Shown piece by piece: positions 1-8,701 of a DNA stretch of 64,000 bases. The notes beneath the pieces were generated by a model. That model was given only the letters and a program-made list of their open reading frames with translations. It ran no database searches and was not told the origin of the DNA. Position 1 is the first letter of the stretch, and every line of letters begins with the position of its first letter. Where the stretch lies: positions 1,568 through 65,567 of the forward strand of contig JBFWWT010000004.1 of the NCBI GenBank assembly GCA_050246035.1, read 5' to 3'. A program made the translations under genes and the position numbers. The stretch comes from Burkholderiales bacterium. Lineage in GTDB: Bacteria > Pseudomonadota > Gammaproteobacteria > Burkholderiales > SG8-39.

Positions 1-267
1 GCGGTGTGCATGCGGCTGAACTGCGAGTCCTACATCAACCGCACGGTGAGCCTCGGCTCGCCCGGGCTGGACAACATCCGCTGGCACAAGCCCGTGCGCC
101 CGGGCGACACCATCACCTATAGGCGCACGGTGCTCCAGTCGCGCGCGTCGCAGAGCCGCCCGGGTGTCGGGCTGCTCCTGTCGCGCACCGAGGCCTTCAA
201 CCAGGCGGGCGATCTCGTCATGTCCATGGAAGGCTGGGGCATGTTCGGCCGCCGCCCGGCCCCATGA
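1..267 (+). CDS. MaoC-like (hot-dog fold) dehydratase, C-terminal fragment; the 5' end lies outside the window
   Basis: The frame of ORF 4..267 is open to base 1. The sequence RWHKPVRPGDTITY...GVGLL is typical of the MaoC dehydratase C-terminus. Its stop overlaps the next start (ATGA). Confidence 0.7.
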   Translation, partial: AVCMRLNCESYINRTVSLGSPGLDNIRWHKPVRPGDTITYRRTVLQSRASQSRPGVGLLLSRTEAFNQAGDLVMSMEGWGMFGRRPAP

Positions 268-1007
268 GCGCGAAGATCGAGCTCGACCACCGGCTGCACG
301 TCCTCACGCGCAAGGAAGAGCTCGACAGCGTACGCGTGTCGGGCAAGGTGGTCGTGGTGCTGGACATCCTGTTCGCCACCACCACCATGGTCGCGGCCCT
401 CGCGCACGGCGCGTCGGAGGTCGAGCCGGTCGCCGACGAGTGCGCGGCGCGGGAGGCGGCGGCGCGGCGCGCACCGGGCAGCTATGTGCTCTCGGGCGAG
501 CTCTACGCGCAGACCCTGCCCGGCTTCGCGCACCCGGCGCCGATGGCATTGCTCGAGCACGGCGTGCGCGACAAGGCGCTCATCTACTCCACCACCAACG
601 GCACGGTGGCTATGACGCTCGCCGCGGGCGCCAAGCGCGTGTACTGCGGCAGCCTGCTCAACGCGCGGGCGGTGGCGGCGCACGTCGCGGCAGCGCACGC
701 GGGCGATACCGTGCTCGTCCTGTGCTCGGGCTCCGGCGGGAACTTCAATCTCGAGGACTTCTACGGGGCCGGCTGCCTGGTCGAGCGCTTCTCGCAGGTG
801 CTCGGCGGCAGCGCCGATCTGTCCGACGCGGCGCGCGCGGCGCTCGCTTTCTTTCGGCATGCCCGGGCGCCCGAGTCGCTGCTCGAGTGCCGCGTCGGGC
901 GCATGATGGCCGCGCGCGGGCTCGCGCACGAGGTGGAGTTCGCCAGCCGCGTCGATGCTTTTCCGGTGGTGCCGGCACTCGAGGGCGGACGGCTGCGGTG
1001 CGTGTGA
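264..1007 (+). CDS. 2-phosphosulfolactate phosphatase (ComB) family protein
   Basis: 247-aa ORF with ComB-like segments (VVVLDILFATTTMV, LIYSTTNGT, VLCSGSGGNFNLEDFYGAG). GC3-rich codons. Confidence 0.7.
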   Translation: MSAKIELDHRLHVLTRKEELDSVRVSGKVVVVLDILFATTTMVAALAHGASEVEPVADECAAREAAARRAPGSYVLSGELYAQTLPGFAHPAPMALLEHGVRDKALIYSTTNGTVAMTLAAGAKRVYCGSLLNARAVAAHVAAAHAGDTVLVLCSGSGGNFNLEDFYGAGCLVERFSQVLGGSADLSDAARAALAFFRHARAPESLLECRVGRMMAARGLAHEVEFASRVDAFPVVPALEGGRLRCV

Positions 1008-1012
1008 CGGCG

Positions 1013-2164
1013 CTAGTGGTAGCGCTCGTACACGAGGAAGCCGAGGGCGAGCCGCGCGATGCCGTAGGCGAGCCACGTCCAGACGCGGCGCCAGAGCGGC
1101 TCGCCGCGCCACGCCTGCGCCGGAAGCGCGCGCGCGCCGGTGCGGATCGCCTCCTCCAGGCTCGCGCGCAGCTCGCCTGCGAAGCGCGCATCGTCCACAA
1201 ACACGTTCGCCTCGCGGCCGAGCAGCAGGCTGAACGGATCGATGTTGGACGAGCCCACGCAGGCGCGGCAGCAATCGAACACCGCCACCTTGGCGTGCAG
1301 GTAGCTGCGGTGGTACTCCTCGATGCGGATGCCGCCGTCGAGCAGCGATCCATAGAGCGCGCGCGAGGCGTAGTGCGGTAGCACATATTCCACCTGCCCC
1401 TGCAGCAGGAGAATCACGCGCACGCCACGCTGCGCGGCCTCGAGCAGAGCCTGGCGGAAGCGCCGGCCGGGGAAAAAGTACGCGTTCGCGATCAGGATCT
1501 CCTCGTGCGCGCCTTCGATCAGCTCCAGATAGGCGTCCTCGATGTCGCTGCGATGGCGCAGGCTGTCGCGCACCACGAGCGCCGCGCGCTGCCCGCCTTC
1601 GAGCGGACCGCGCGCTGCGGCGGCCGGCGGCGGCATCGCCGCATGGCGCGTGGTGAGCGCGACGAGGCGCCACAGGTGCGCGGCCTCCGAGCGCACTGCG
1701 GTCGTGAGCGGGCCCTCGATGCGCACCGCGTAGTCGTGCCGGGGCGTCGTGTCGTCGAGGGCGTCGTAATCGTCGAGCACGTTGATGCCGCCCACGAAAG
1801 CGGTGCCGCCGTCCACGCAGGCGATCTTGCGGTGCATGCGGCGCAGGCGGCTGCGGCTCAGGCGCCAGCGCGCGAGCTCGGGGCGAAACACGAGGACGCG
1901 CGCGCCCGCCTGCTCCAGCATGCGCCGGAAGCGCGGCGAGAAATCGCTCGCGCCGAAGCCGTCGACGAGCAGGTGCACGGCGACGCCACGCGCTGCTGCG
2001 CGCGCGAGCGCGTCGGCGACCAGGCTCCCGGTCTGGTCGGGGGCGAAGATGTAGGTCTCGAGGAACACCTCGTCGCGCGCGCCGTCGATCGCCTCGACCA
2101 GCGCCGGAAAGTACTGCTCGCCGTTGCGCAGCAGGGTGAGCCGGTTGCCCTCGACGTAGTCCAT
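1013..2164 (-). CDS. clsB: Cardiolipin synthase ClsB (phospholipase D family)
   Basis: Two HKD motifs (HRKIACVDG; HAKVAVFD...GSSNID). I take the start at MDYVEGNRL (ATG 2164) rather than the upstream ORF extension. Confidence 0.85.
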   Translation of the reverse strand: MDYVEGNRLTLLRNGEQYFPALVEAIDGARDEVFLETYIFAPDQTGSLVADALARAAARGVAVHLLVDGFGASDFSPRFRRMLEQAGARVLVFRPELARWRLSRSRLRRMHRKIACVDGGTAFVGGINVLDDYDALDDTTPRHDYAVRIEGPLTTAVRSEAAHLWRLVALTTRHAAMPPPAAAARGPLEGGQRAALVVRDSLRHRSDIEDAYLELIEGAHEEILIANAYFFPGRRFRQALLEAAQRGVRVILLLQGQVEYVLPHYASRALYGSLLDGGIRIEEYHRSYLHAKVAVFDCCRACVGSSNIDPFSLLLGREANVFVDDARFAGELRASLEEAIRTGARALPAQAWRGEPLWRRVWTWLAYGIARLALGFLVYERYH

Positions 2165-2168
2165 GGAC

Positions 2169-2918
2169 TCAGACGCGCTTGAGCACCGCGCCGAGCGCCA
2201 GGTGGTCCGAAAGCAGCGACCAGGGCGCGCCGACATGGACGCTCGCCTCCACGATATTAAAGCCGCGCACGTACACCCGGTCCAGCCTGAGCACCGGCAG
2301 GAGGCTCGGGAAGGTGCGTGCCGGGCGCTCGCCGTAGACCGAGGTCACCTCGACGAGCCCGAGCCTCTCCTCGAGCAGGCGCGTGGCGCGCTGGCGCCAG
2401 TCGTTGAAGTCTCCCGCGACGACGATCGGCTGGCCGCGCGCGGCCGCCTCGGACAGCCGCTCCACGACGGCCTCCAGCTGCCGCCGGCGCCCGCGCTCGT
2501 GCAGCGACAGGTGCACGCAGACGCAATGCAGCTCCTGCCGCCATCCCGGCACGTCGAGCACGCAATGCAGCAGCCCGCGCCGCTCGAATCGATGGCTCGA
2601 GATGTCCGCATGCTGCATCGACAGGATGGGAAACCGCGACAGGATCGCGTTGCCGTAGTGCCCGAAGTGATGCACGCGGTTGAGGCCGTAGGCATGCTGC
2701 CAGCCTTCCTGCGCGAGGAACTCGTGCTGGGGCGCCGCTGGCCAGGTGGCGAAGCGCAGCGCGTGCCGCGCGTTCAGGCCCTGCACTTCCTGCAGGAACA
2801 CCAGGTCGGGCTCGAGGGCGTTCAGGCCCTCGCGCAGCTCGTGGATCACCACGCGCCGGTTGAACTGCGAAAGCCCCTTGTGGATGTTGAGCGTGATGAC
2901 GCGCAGCTGGCGGTTCAT
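2169..2918 (-). CDS. Endonuclease/exonuclease/phosphatase (EEP) family protein
   Basis: MNRQLRVITLNIHKG...VVAGDFNDW...SDHLAL is a typical EEP fold signature. Its start overlaps the nudB stop. Confidence 0.85.
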   Translation of the reverse strand: MNRQLRVITLNIHKGLSQFNRRVVIHELREGLNALEPDLVFLQEVQGLNARHALRFATWPAAPQHEFLAQEGWQHAYGLNRVHHFGHYGNAILSRFPILSMQHADISSHRFERRGLLHCVLDVPGWRQELHCVCVHLSLHERGRRRQLEAVVERLSEAAARGQPIVVAGDFNDWRQRATRLLEERLGLVEVTSVYGERPARTFPSLLPVLRLDRVYVRGFNIVEASVHVGAPWSLLSDHLALGAVLKRV

Positions 2919-3367
2919 GCGCGCGCGCGCCTTCTTCCAGCGAGCATGCGGATCGCGTCGCGGTTCGACCAGGAAAAGCAGGCGGCCGCAGCTTCGCGCC
3001 ACGGCAGCCAGCGTTGTGCTCGGTGCTCGTCCGGCGCGAGGCGCACTTCGAGGGGCCCCGGTACCTCGAGGCTGAACACGTGCTCGGTATTGTGCGTCGT
3101 GCCGGGCGCAAAGCGCCCGCGCCAGTGCGCAAAGATCTCGAAGGCGTTCGCGAGCTTCCAGTCGACCAGCCGCTCGGGCGGCGCATCGATACCCGTCTCC
3201 TCGAGGACCTCGCGCCGCGCGGCCTCGCGCGCCGGCTCGTCCAGCCGCTCCAGCGATCCGGTCACCGACTGCCAGAATCCAGGCCGGCTCGAGCGCTCCA
3301 GCAGCAGCACGTCGAGCCGCGGCGTGTGGATCACCACCAGCACCGACACCGGCAGCTTCACGTTCAC
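2915..3367 (-). CDS. nudB: NUDIX hydrolase, dihydroneopterin triphosphate diphosphatase-like
   Basis: Nudix box GSLERLDEPAREAARREVLEETGI. The GTG start at 3367 overlaps the barstar stop (GTGA). The position next to aspS is conserved. Confidence 0.75.
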   Translation of the reverse strand: MNVKLPVSVLVVIHTPRLDVLLLERSSRPGFWQSVTGSLERLDEPAREAARREVLEETGIDAPPERLVDWKLANAFEIFAHWRGRFAPGTTHNTEHVFSLEVPGPLEVRLAPDEHRAQRWLPWREAAAACFSWSNRDAIRMLAGRRRARA

Positions 3368-3798
3368 GCAGCCCGCGGGCGGAAGAGCTCCGGCACCGCA
3401 ACGACGTGCTGCGGATCGATGAACACCGCGAAGAACGGCCGTCCGCGCTCGCGCCAGTAGTCGGCCGCCGCGCCGAGGACGTCGCGCAGCACGCCGAGCT
3501 CGTCCGCCGGCAGATCCGCGCCGCCCTGCACCAGCAGGACGTGGCCGTCGCCTGCGCGCCAGCCGAGGTCGCACAGGCAGTCCTCGAGCGCATCCCAGTT
3601 GCCGCCGAACCAATCGGGGAAGGCGAGCGAGCGCGCCAGGCGCTCGAGCAGCGCCGCCTTGTCCGCCGCGCCGCGCAGGTCGACATGCACGACGTCGAGC
3701 CGCGTGCCGCGCGCCGCGTCCTCGATCTCGTCGGCGCCGGCGGCGCGGTACACGCCGGCGCGGCGCGCGTCGCTCAGCCTCTGCGTGAGCTTTCCCAT
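3364..3798 (-). CDS. Barstar family ribonuclease inhibitor
   Basis: The motif LAFPDWFGGNWDALEDCLCDL matches the barstar core (PEYYGENLDALWDCL). It lies 2 nt downstream of an RNase gene. Confidence 0.85.
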   Translation of the reverse strand: MGKLTQRLSDARRAGVYRAAGADEIEDAARGTRLDVVHVDLRGAADKAALLERLARSLAFPDWFGGNWDALEDCLCDLGWRAGDGHVLLVQGGADLPADELGVLRDVLGAAADYWRERGRPFFAVFIDPQHVVAVPELFRPRAA

Positions 3799-3800
3799 GG

Positions 3801-4124
3801 CTACTCCCTGATGCGCTCGAACGATCGATAGTGATCCGGCGTGTAGTAGTACTCGCCGCCCCGCCCCGCCACGATGCGCCGCGCGCCGCGGTCGCGCGCG
3901 CCCGGCGTCCGCACCGTGTACTCGCGATAGTAGCCGCGCGGCCGCTTCGGCAGCAGGCGCTCGCGGTTGTGGAACACCGCGCCGTCGCGCGCGTAGGGGA
4001 AGGGCCCCCCGGACTTGATGCTCGCGAGCGCGTCGCGCGCCTCCGGCGGCAGCGCCTGCACGTCGATCTCGCCCGCCCAGGCGCTCGCGGCGAGCGCGAG
4101 GCATAGCGCGACGATCCGCTTCAC
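3801..4124 (-). CDS. Secreted guanyl-specific ribonuclease (RNase Sa / N1-T1 microbial RNase family)
   Basis: [61 protein letters not shown] is close to RNase Sa. N-terminal signal peptide [17 protein letters not shown]. The GTG start overlaps the aspS stop (GTGA). Confidence 0.85.
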   Translation of the reverse strand: MKRIVALCLALAASAWAGEIDVQALPPEARDALASIKSGGPFPYARDGAVFHNRERLLPKRPRGYYREYTVRTPGARDRGARRIVAGRGGEYYYTPDHYRSFERIRE

Positions 4125-5905
4125 TGCGGTGGATTGCGCAGCCGGATGTGCAGCTCGCGCAGCTGGCGCTCGGTCACGGGCGACGGCGCGCCCGTCAGCA
4201 GGTCCTGCCCGCGCTGGGTCTTCGGGAACGCGATCACGTCGCGGATCGCCTCGGCGCCCGCCATCAGCGCGACGAGCCGGTCGAAGCCGAAGGCGATGCC
4301 GCCGTGCGGCGGCGCGCCGTACTGCAGGGCATCGAGCAGGAAGCCGAACTTGGCGCGCTGCTCCTCGGGCGAAATCTTCAATCCGCGGAACACCTGCTGC
4401 TGGATCTCCTGCCGGTGGATGCGCACGGAGCCGCCCGCGACTTCCCAGCCGTTCAGCACCAGGTCGTAGGCCTGGGCATAGGCCTTCTCCGGCGCGGCCT
4501 CCAGGTGCCGCTCGTGACCGTCCTTGGGGCTGGTAAACGGATGGTGGCGGGCCTTCCACTGCTTCGACTCCTCGTCGTACTCGAACATCGGGAAGTCCAC
4601 GACCCAGAGCGGCCGCCAGCCCGGCTCGGCGAGGCCGCGCGCGTGCCCGACCTTCTGGCGCAGGGCGCCGAGGCAGGCGTTCGCCGGGCCCGCCCGGTCG
4701 GCGGCGAAAAAGAGCAGGTCGCCGTCGGCCGCGCCGCTGCGCTCGAGGATCGCGGCGAGCGCGCGCGCGTGCAGGTTCTTCACGATCGGGGACTGCAGAC
4801 CGTCGGCCCCCTTGGCGCGCTCGTTCACCTTGATCCAGGCAAGGCCCTTCGCCCCGAGCGACTTCACGTAGTCCGTATAGGCGTCGATCTCGCCGCGCGT
4901 GAGCGCGCCGCCGCCCGGCACGCGCAGCGCCGCGACGCGCCCGTCGGCCAGGTTGGCGGGTCCCGAGAACACCTTGAAGTCCACGTCCTTCATCACGTCG
5001 GTGAGCTCGGTCAGCTTCAGCGGCACGCGCAGGTCGGGCTTGTCGACGCCGTAGTCGCGCATCGCCGTCTCGTAGGCCATGACCGGGAACGGGTCGGGGA
5101 GCTCGACGCCCAGCACCTCGCGAAACAGGTGCCGCGTAAGCTGCTCCATCAGCGCGCGGATCGCCTCCTCGCCGAGAAAGGAAGTCTCGATATCGATCTG
5201 CGTGAATTCCGGCTGGCGGTCGGCGCGCAGATCCTCGTCGCGAAAGCACTTCACGATCTGGTAGTAGCGGTCAAAGCCCGCGATCATCAGCATCTGCTTG
5301 AACAGCTGCGGGCTCTGCGGCAGCGCGTAGAAGTGTCCGTCGTGCAGGCGCGAGGGCACGAGGAACTCGCGCGCGCCCTCGGGCGTGGACTTGTACAGCA
5401 CCGGGGTCTCGATCTCGATGAAGCCCTGCGCGTCGAGAAAGCCGCGCGCGGCCGAGGCCGCGCGGTGGCGCAGGCGCAGGTTGCGCTGCATCGGCTCGCG
5501 CCGCAGGTCGAGCACGCGATGCTCGAGCCGCACCGACTCCGACAGGTTGTCCTCGTCGATCTGGAACGGCGGCGGCGCCGACGGGTTGAGGATCTCGACG
5601 GCTTCGGCCAGCACCTCGACCTCGCCCGAGGCGAGGTTCGGGTTCACGGTGCCCGCGGGCCGCGCGCGCACGCGGCCCGCCACGCGCAGCACGAACTCGC
5701 CGCGCACGCGGTCGGCGGCGGCGAAGGCCTCGGCCTGCGCGGGATCGCAGACCACCTGCGCCAGGCCCTCGCGGTCGCGCAGGTCGATGAAGATGATGCC
5801 GCCGTGGTCGCGGCGGCGATGCGCCCAGCCCGCGAGCGCGACGCGCTCGCCGATCAGCCCAGCGGACAACTGCGCGCAGTAATGGGTGCGCATGGCGCCG
5901 CTCAT
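4121..5905 (-). CDS. aspS: Aspartate--tRNA ligase
   Basis: [13 protein letters not shown]...[18 protein letters not shown]...FPKT. The start at 5905 forms an ATGA overlap with the upstream stop; ATG 5893 (MRTHYC) is an alternative. Confidence 0.95.
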   Translation of the reverse strand: MSGAMRTHYCAQLSAGLIGERVALAGWAHRRRDHGGIIFIDLRDREGLAQVVCDPAQAEAFAAADRVRGEFVLRVAGRVRARPAGTVNPNLASGEVEVLAEAVEILNPSAPPPFQIDEDNLSESVRLEHRVLDLRREPMQRNLRLRHRAASAARGFLDAQGFIEIETPVLYKSTPEGAREFLVPSRLHDGHFYALPQSPQLFKQMLMIAGFDRYYQIVKCFRDEDLRADRQPEFTQIDIETSFLGEEAIRALMEQLTRHLFREVLGVELPDPFPVMAYETAMRDYGVDKPDLRVPLKLTELTDVMKDVDFKVFSGPANLADGRVAALRVPGGGALTRGEIDAYTDYVKSLGAKGLAWIKVNERAKGADGLQSPIVKNLHARALAAILERSGAADGDLLFFAADRAGPANACLGALRQKVGHARGLAEPGWRPLWVVDFPMFEYDEESKQWKARHHPFTSPKDGHERHLEAAPEKAYAQAYDLVLNGWEVAGGSVRIHRQEIQQQVFRGLKISPEEQRAKFGFLLDALQYGAPPHGGIAFGFDRLVALMAGAEAIRDVIAFPKTQRGQDLLTGAPSPVTERQLRELHIRLRNPPQ

Positions 5906-6516
5906 CGAGCACGCGCGGGCGATACGACGCCCATGGAGATGATGTACTTGAGCGCCTCGTCCACCGTCATGTCGAGCTCGATCACGTCCTTGCGCGAAAG
6001 CATTACGAAGTACCCGCCCGTCGGGTTCGGCGTGGTCGGCACGTACACGCTCACGAAATCCCCGTGCAGGTGGTTGACGACGTCCCCGCCTGGCGTGCCG
6101 GTGAGGAACGCGATGGTCCACATGCCCTCCCGCGGCCACTGCACGAGAAGCGCCTTGCGAAACGCCTGCCCGCTCGAGGAGAACAGCGTATCCGAGATCT
6201 GCTTGACGCTCGAGTAGATCGAGTTCACCACCGGGATGCGGTGCAGGATCTCGTGCCACAGGTGCACGAGACGCGCGCCCAGGAAGTTGGTCGCGAACAC
6301 GCCGGTGACGAACACGATGACCAGCGTGAGCACCACGCCCAGGCCCGGCACATGCACCCCCAGGAACCGCTCGGTGCGCCACGCCTCGGGCAGCAGCAGG
6401 AGCGTCTGGTCCAGCGTCTCCACGATCAGCTTCAGCACCCAGATCGTGATCACGAGCGGGATCCAGATGAGCAGGCCGGTGATGAGGTATTTACGCAAGC
6501 GTCTTTTCGCAAACAA
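5902..6516 (-). CDS. DUF502 domain membrane protein
   Basis: 204-aa ORF with N-terminal TM helices ([18 protein letters not shown]) and a conserved DUF502-like core. The apparent start is TTG, so the start is uncertain. Confidence 0.75.
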   Translation of the reverse strand: MFAKRRLRKYLITGLLIWIPLVITIWVLKLIVETLDQTLLLLPEAWRTERFLGVHVPGLGVVLTLVIVFVTGVFATNFLGARLVHLWHEILHRIPVVNSIYSSVKQISDTLFSSSGQAFRKALLVQWPREGMWTIAFLTGTPGGDVVNHLHGDFVSVYVPTTPNPTGGYFVMLSRKDVIELDMTVDEALKYIISMGVVSPARAR

Positions 6517-6539
6517 AAAGGCCCAGTGCGCGCTGGGCC
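6511..6539 (-). terminator. Rho-independent terminator-like hairpin downstream of the FmdB-family gene
   Basis: On the minus strand: GGCCCAG-CGCGCA-CTGGGCC followed by TTTTTGTTT. Confidence 0.55.
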
Positions 6540-6561
6540 GGTTGCAAGCCCGGCGGGCGGG

Positions 6562-6876
6562 TCAGTTGGCCGCCGCGGGCTCGGCCTTCGCCGGTTCGGG
6601 CTTGGCCTCGGACTTGCTCTCGGTCTTGGGGTCTGGCTTCGACTCGGGCTTCGACTCTCCCTTCGCCTCCGGCTTGGCTTCCGCCGGCTTCCCCCCGCCC
6701 TTGAAATCGGTCGCGTACCAGCCGCTGCCCTTCAGCTGGAAGCCTGCGGCGCTCAGCAGCTTGGAGAAAGTAGCCCGGCCGCACGACGGGCACTGAGTGA
6801 GCGGCGGCTCCGAGACCTTCTGCAGGTACTCGTCCTGAAAGCCGCACTCCGTGCACCGGTACTCGTAGATCGGCAT
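6562..6876 (-). CDS. FmdB family zinc-ribbon protein with a Lys/Pro/Glu-rich tail
   Basis: MPIYEYRCTECGF...CPSCG is the canonical FmdB CxxC...CxxC N-terminus. The C-terminal tail is low-complexity (KPEAKGESKPESKPDPK). Confidence 0.85.
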   Translation of the reverse strand: MPIYEYRCTECGFQDEYLQKVSEPPLTQCPSCGRATFSKLLSAAGFQLKGSGWYATDFKGGGKPAEAKPEAKGESKPESKPDPKTESKSEAKPEPAKAEPAAAN

Positions 6877-6934
6877 GGCTCGATTTCCGCAAGTTCCTGA
6901 ATCGGCGCGAATTATAGCGCCAAGCGCGGTCCCG

Positions 6935-7399
6935 CTAGAAGGGAATGTCGTCGGCCATGTCGTCGAACTTGCCGGCAGGCTTCTTCGCCGGACGGGGCGC
7001 GGCCTCCGACTGAGATTCGCCGGCATCCTTGCCGCCGCTCGCCGCCCGCGGCTCGCCCGAGCCGGCGCGCGAGCCCAGCATCTGCATGACGTCGCCCCGG
7101 ATCTCCGTGCTGTAGCGGTCGTTGCCGTCCTTGTCCTGCCACTTGCGCGTGCGCAGGCTGCCTTCGACGTAGACCTGCGAACCCTTCTTCAGGTACTCGC
7201 CGGAGATCTCGGCCAGACGGCCGAAGAAGGCGACGCGATGCCATTCCGTGGCCTCCTTCATCTCGCCGCTCGCCTTGTCCTTCCAGCGGTCCGTGGTGGC
7301 CACGCGGATATTGGTGACCGCCTCGCCGCTCGGCAGGTATCGGGTCTCCGGGTCCGCGCCCAGATTGCCCACGATGATGACCTTGTTGATTGACGCCAT
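6935..7399 (-). CDS. ssb: Single-stranded DNA-binding protein
   Basis: [18 protein letters not shown]...TEWHRV, with the acidic tail DDIPF. Confidence 0.97.
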   Translation of the reverse strand: MASINKVIIVGNLGADPETRYLPSGEAVTNIRVATTDRWKDKASGEMKEATEWHRVAFFGRLAEISGEYLKKGSQVYVEGSLRTRKWQDKDGNDRYSTEIRGDVMQMLGSRAGSGEPRAASGGKDAGESQSEAAPRPAKKPAGKFDDMADDIPF

Positions 7400-7401
7400 G
7401 G

Positions 7402-8610
7402 CTACCTCCCTTTGACCGTACCCATCCTAAACGACTCAGCGGCCATTCGGTTGACCGGGCGCATGCCGGCGGCGACCAGCATCCACGCGAGCCCGAGCGC
7501 GGCGCAGGCGCCGAAGACCGCCTCCGCCCCGAAGCGGCCGGCCAGCCAGCCGCCCACGAGGCCGCCGAAGAACAGGCCCACTGTCTGCGTGGTGTTGTAC
7601 ACGCCGATCGCCGTGCCGCGCGCCTGTGCAGGCGCGATGCGCGAGACGAGCGACGGGATGAGTGCCTCGAGGACGTTGAACGCGGTGAAGAACACGAATA
7701 GCAGCAGCGCGGTCACCGCGATGTCAGGATCGGCAAGCGCAAAGCCGCCCTCGGCCAGCGCGAGCAGCGCGATCGCGCCCAGCATCACGCGGCGTGCCGC
7801 GTTGCGACGGTCCGCGTGCAGCACCGCGGGCAACATGACCACGAACGACGCGAGAACTGCCGGCAGGTAGACCTTCCAGTGCTCGGCGAGCGGAAGGCCC
7901 GCGGCCACCAGCCGCGGCGGTACGACCACGAACATCGCCATTTGCGCGAGATGCAGGATGAAGATGCCCACGTTCAGGCGCGCGAGCTCGGCATCGAACA
8001 ACGCAAAGCGCAGCGTGCCGGGGGCGCCGCCCGGAACCACGGGCACGGGGCGGGGAGCCTCGGGCACGAGCCAGGCCACGACGCCGATGGCCGCGAGCGC
8101 GAGGCCGCCGGTGAGCGCGAACAGACCCGCCAGACCGATCAGCGCATAGAGCGCGGGCGCAGCGACCAGCGACAAGGCGAAGCTCGCGCCGATGGTCGTG
8201 CCGATCAGCGCCATCGTTTTCACGCGATGGTGCTCCCGGGTGAGATCGGCGGCGAGCGCCATCACCACGGCGGAAATGGCGCCGGCGCCCTGCAGGCAGC
8301 GCCCGGCGATCGCGGTCCATATGTCGTCGGCGCCGGCCGCGAGGAAGCTGCCTGCCGCGAACAGCACGAGGCCCGTCACGATGACCGGCTTGCGGCCCCA
8401 GCGGTCGGAAGCCATGCCGAACGGGATCTGGAGCACCGCCTGCACGAGGCCGTAGGCGCCGAGCGCGATGCCGACCAGGACGTGACTGTCTCCGCCCGCC
8501 AGCTCGGGCGCGTGCACCGCGAACACCGGCAAGATCAGGAACAGGCCCAGCATGCGCAAGCCGAAGATGCCGGCGAGCGAAAGGCCGGCCCTCAGCTCCT
8601 GGGCGCTCAT
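7402..8610 (-). CDS. MFS transporter
   Basis: About 12 predicted hydrophobic helices. Start taken at MSAQELRAG (ATG 8610). The uvrA / MFS-ssb arrangement is conserved. Confidence 0.85.
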   Translation of the reverse strand: MSAQELRAGLSLAGIFGLRMLGLFLILPVFAVHAPELAGGDSHVLVGIALGAYGLVQAVLQIPFGMASDRWGRKPVIVTGLVLFAAGSFLAAGADDIWTAIAGRCLQGAGAISAVVMALAADLTREHHRVKTMALIGTTIGASFALSLVAAPALYALIGLAGLFALTGGLALAAIGVVAWLVPEAPRPVPVVPGGAPGTLRFALFDAELARLNVGIFILHLAQMAMFVVVPPRLVAAGLPLAEHWKVYLPAVLASFVVMLPAVLHADRRNAARRVMLGAIALLALAEGGFALADPDIAVTALLLFVFFTAFNVLEALIPSLVSRIAPAQARGTAIGVYNTTQTVGLFFGGLVGGWLAGRFGAEAVFGACAALGLAWMLVAAGMRPVNRMAAESFRMGTVKGR

Positions 8611-8701
8611 GCGCTCGGTGCTCGTCACGAATCGAAGGATGACTGGCTTAAGGGAATCGGAACTCGCTATAGTAACAAGTTTGCCTTTTCCCCTTCGCGA
8701 C

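Noticed and set aside
117-1673. Very long ORFs antisense to or overlapping the called genes. Examples: 117..1673(-), 4148..6217(+), 8648..10453(-), 11254..13893(-), 15609..17528(+), 23020..24939(-), 28098..29327(+), 45273..47576(+), 57670..58782(+).
   Set aside because: Their translations are Arg/Ala/Gly/Pro-rich low-complexity strings with no recognisable motifs. They are the usual stop-free shadow frames of GC-rich DNA. The opposite or alternative frame in each case encodes a clearly recognisable protein.
6562-6700. Repetitive DNA (ggcttcgactc-like units) at the 3' end of the FmdB-family gene.
   Set aside because: It is in frame and simply encodes the low-complexity Lys/Pro/Glu/Ser tail (KPEAKGESKPESKPDPKTESKSEAKPEP). 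It is not an independent tandem-repeat element.
8611-8701. An expected LexA (SOS) box in the divergent MFS-ssb / uvrA control region.
   Set aside because: I found no CTGT-N8-ACAG-type sequence. There is only a TATAGT -10-like hexamer at 8668-8673. No SOS operator is claimed.
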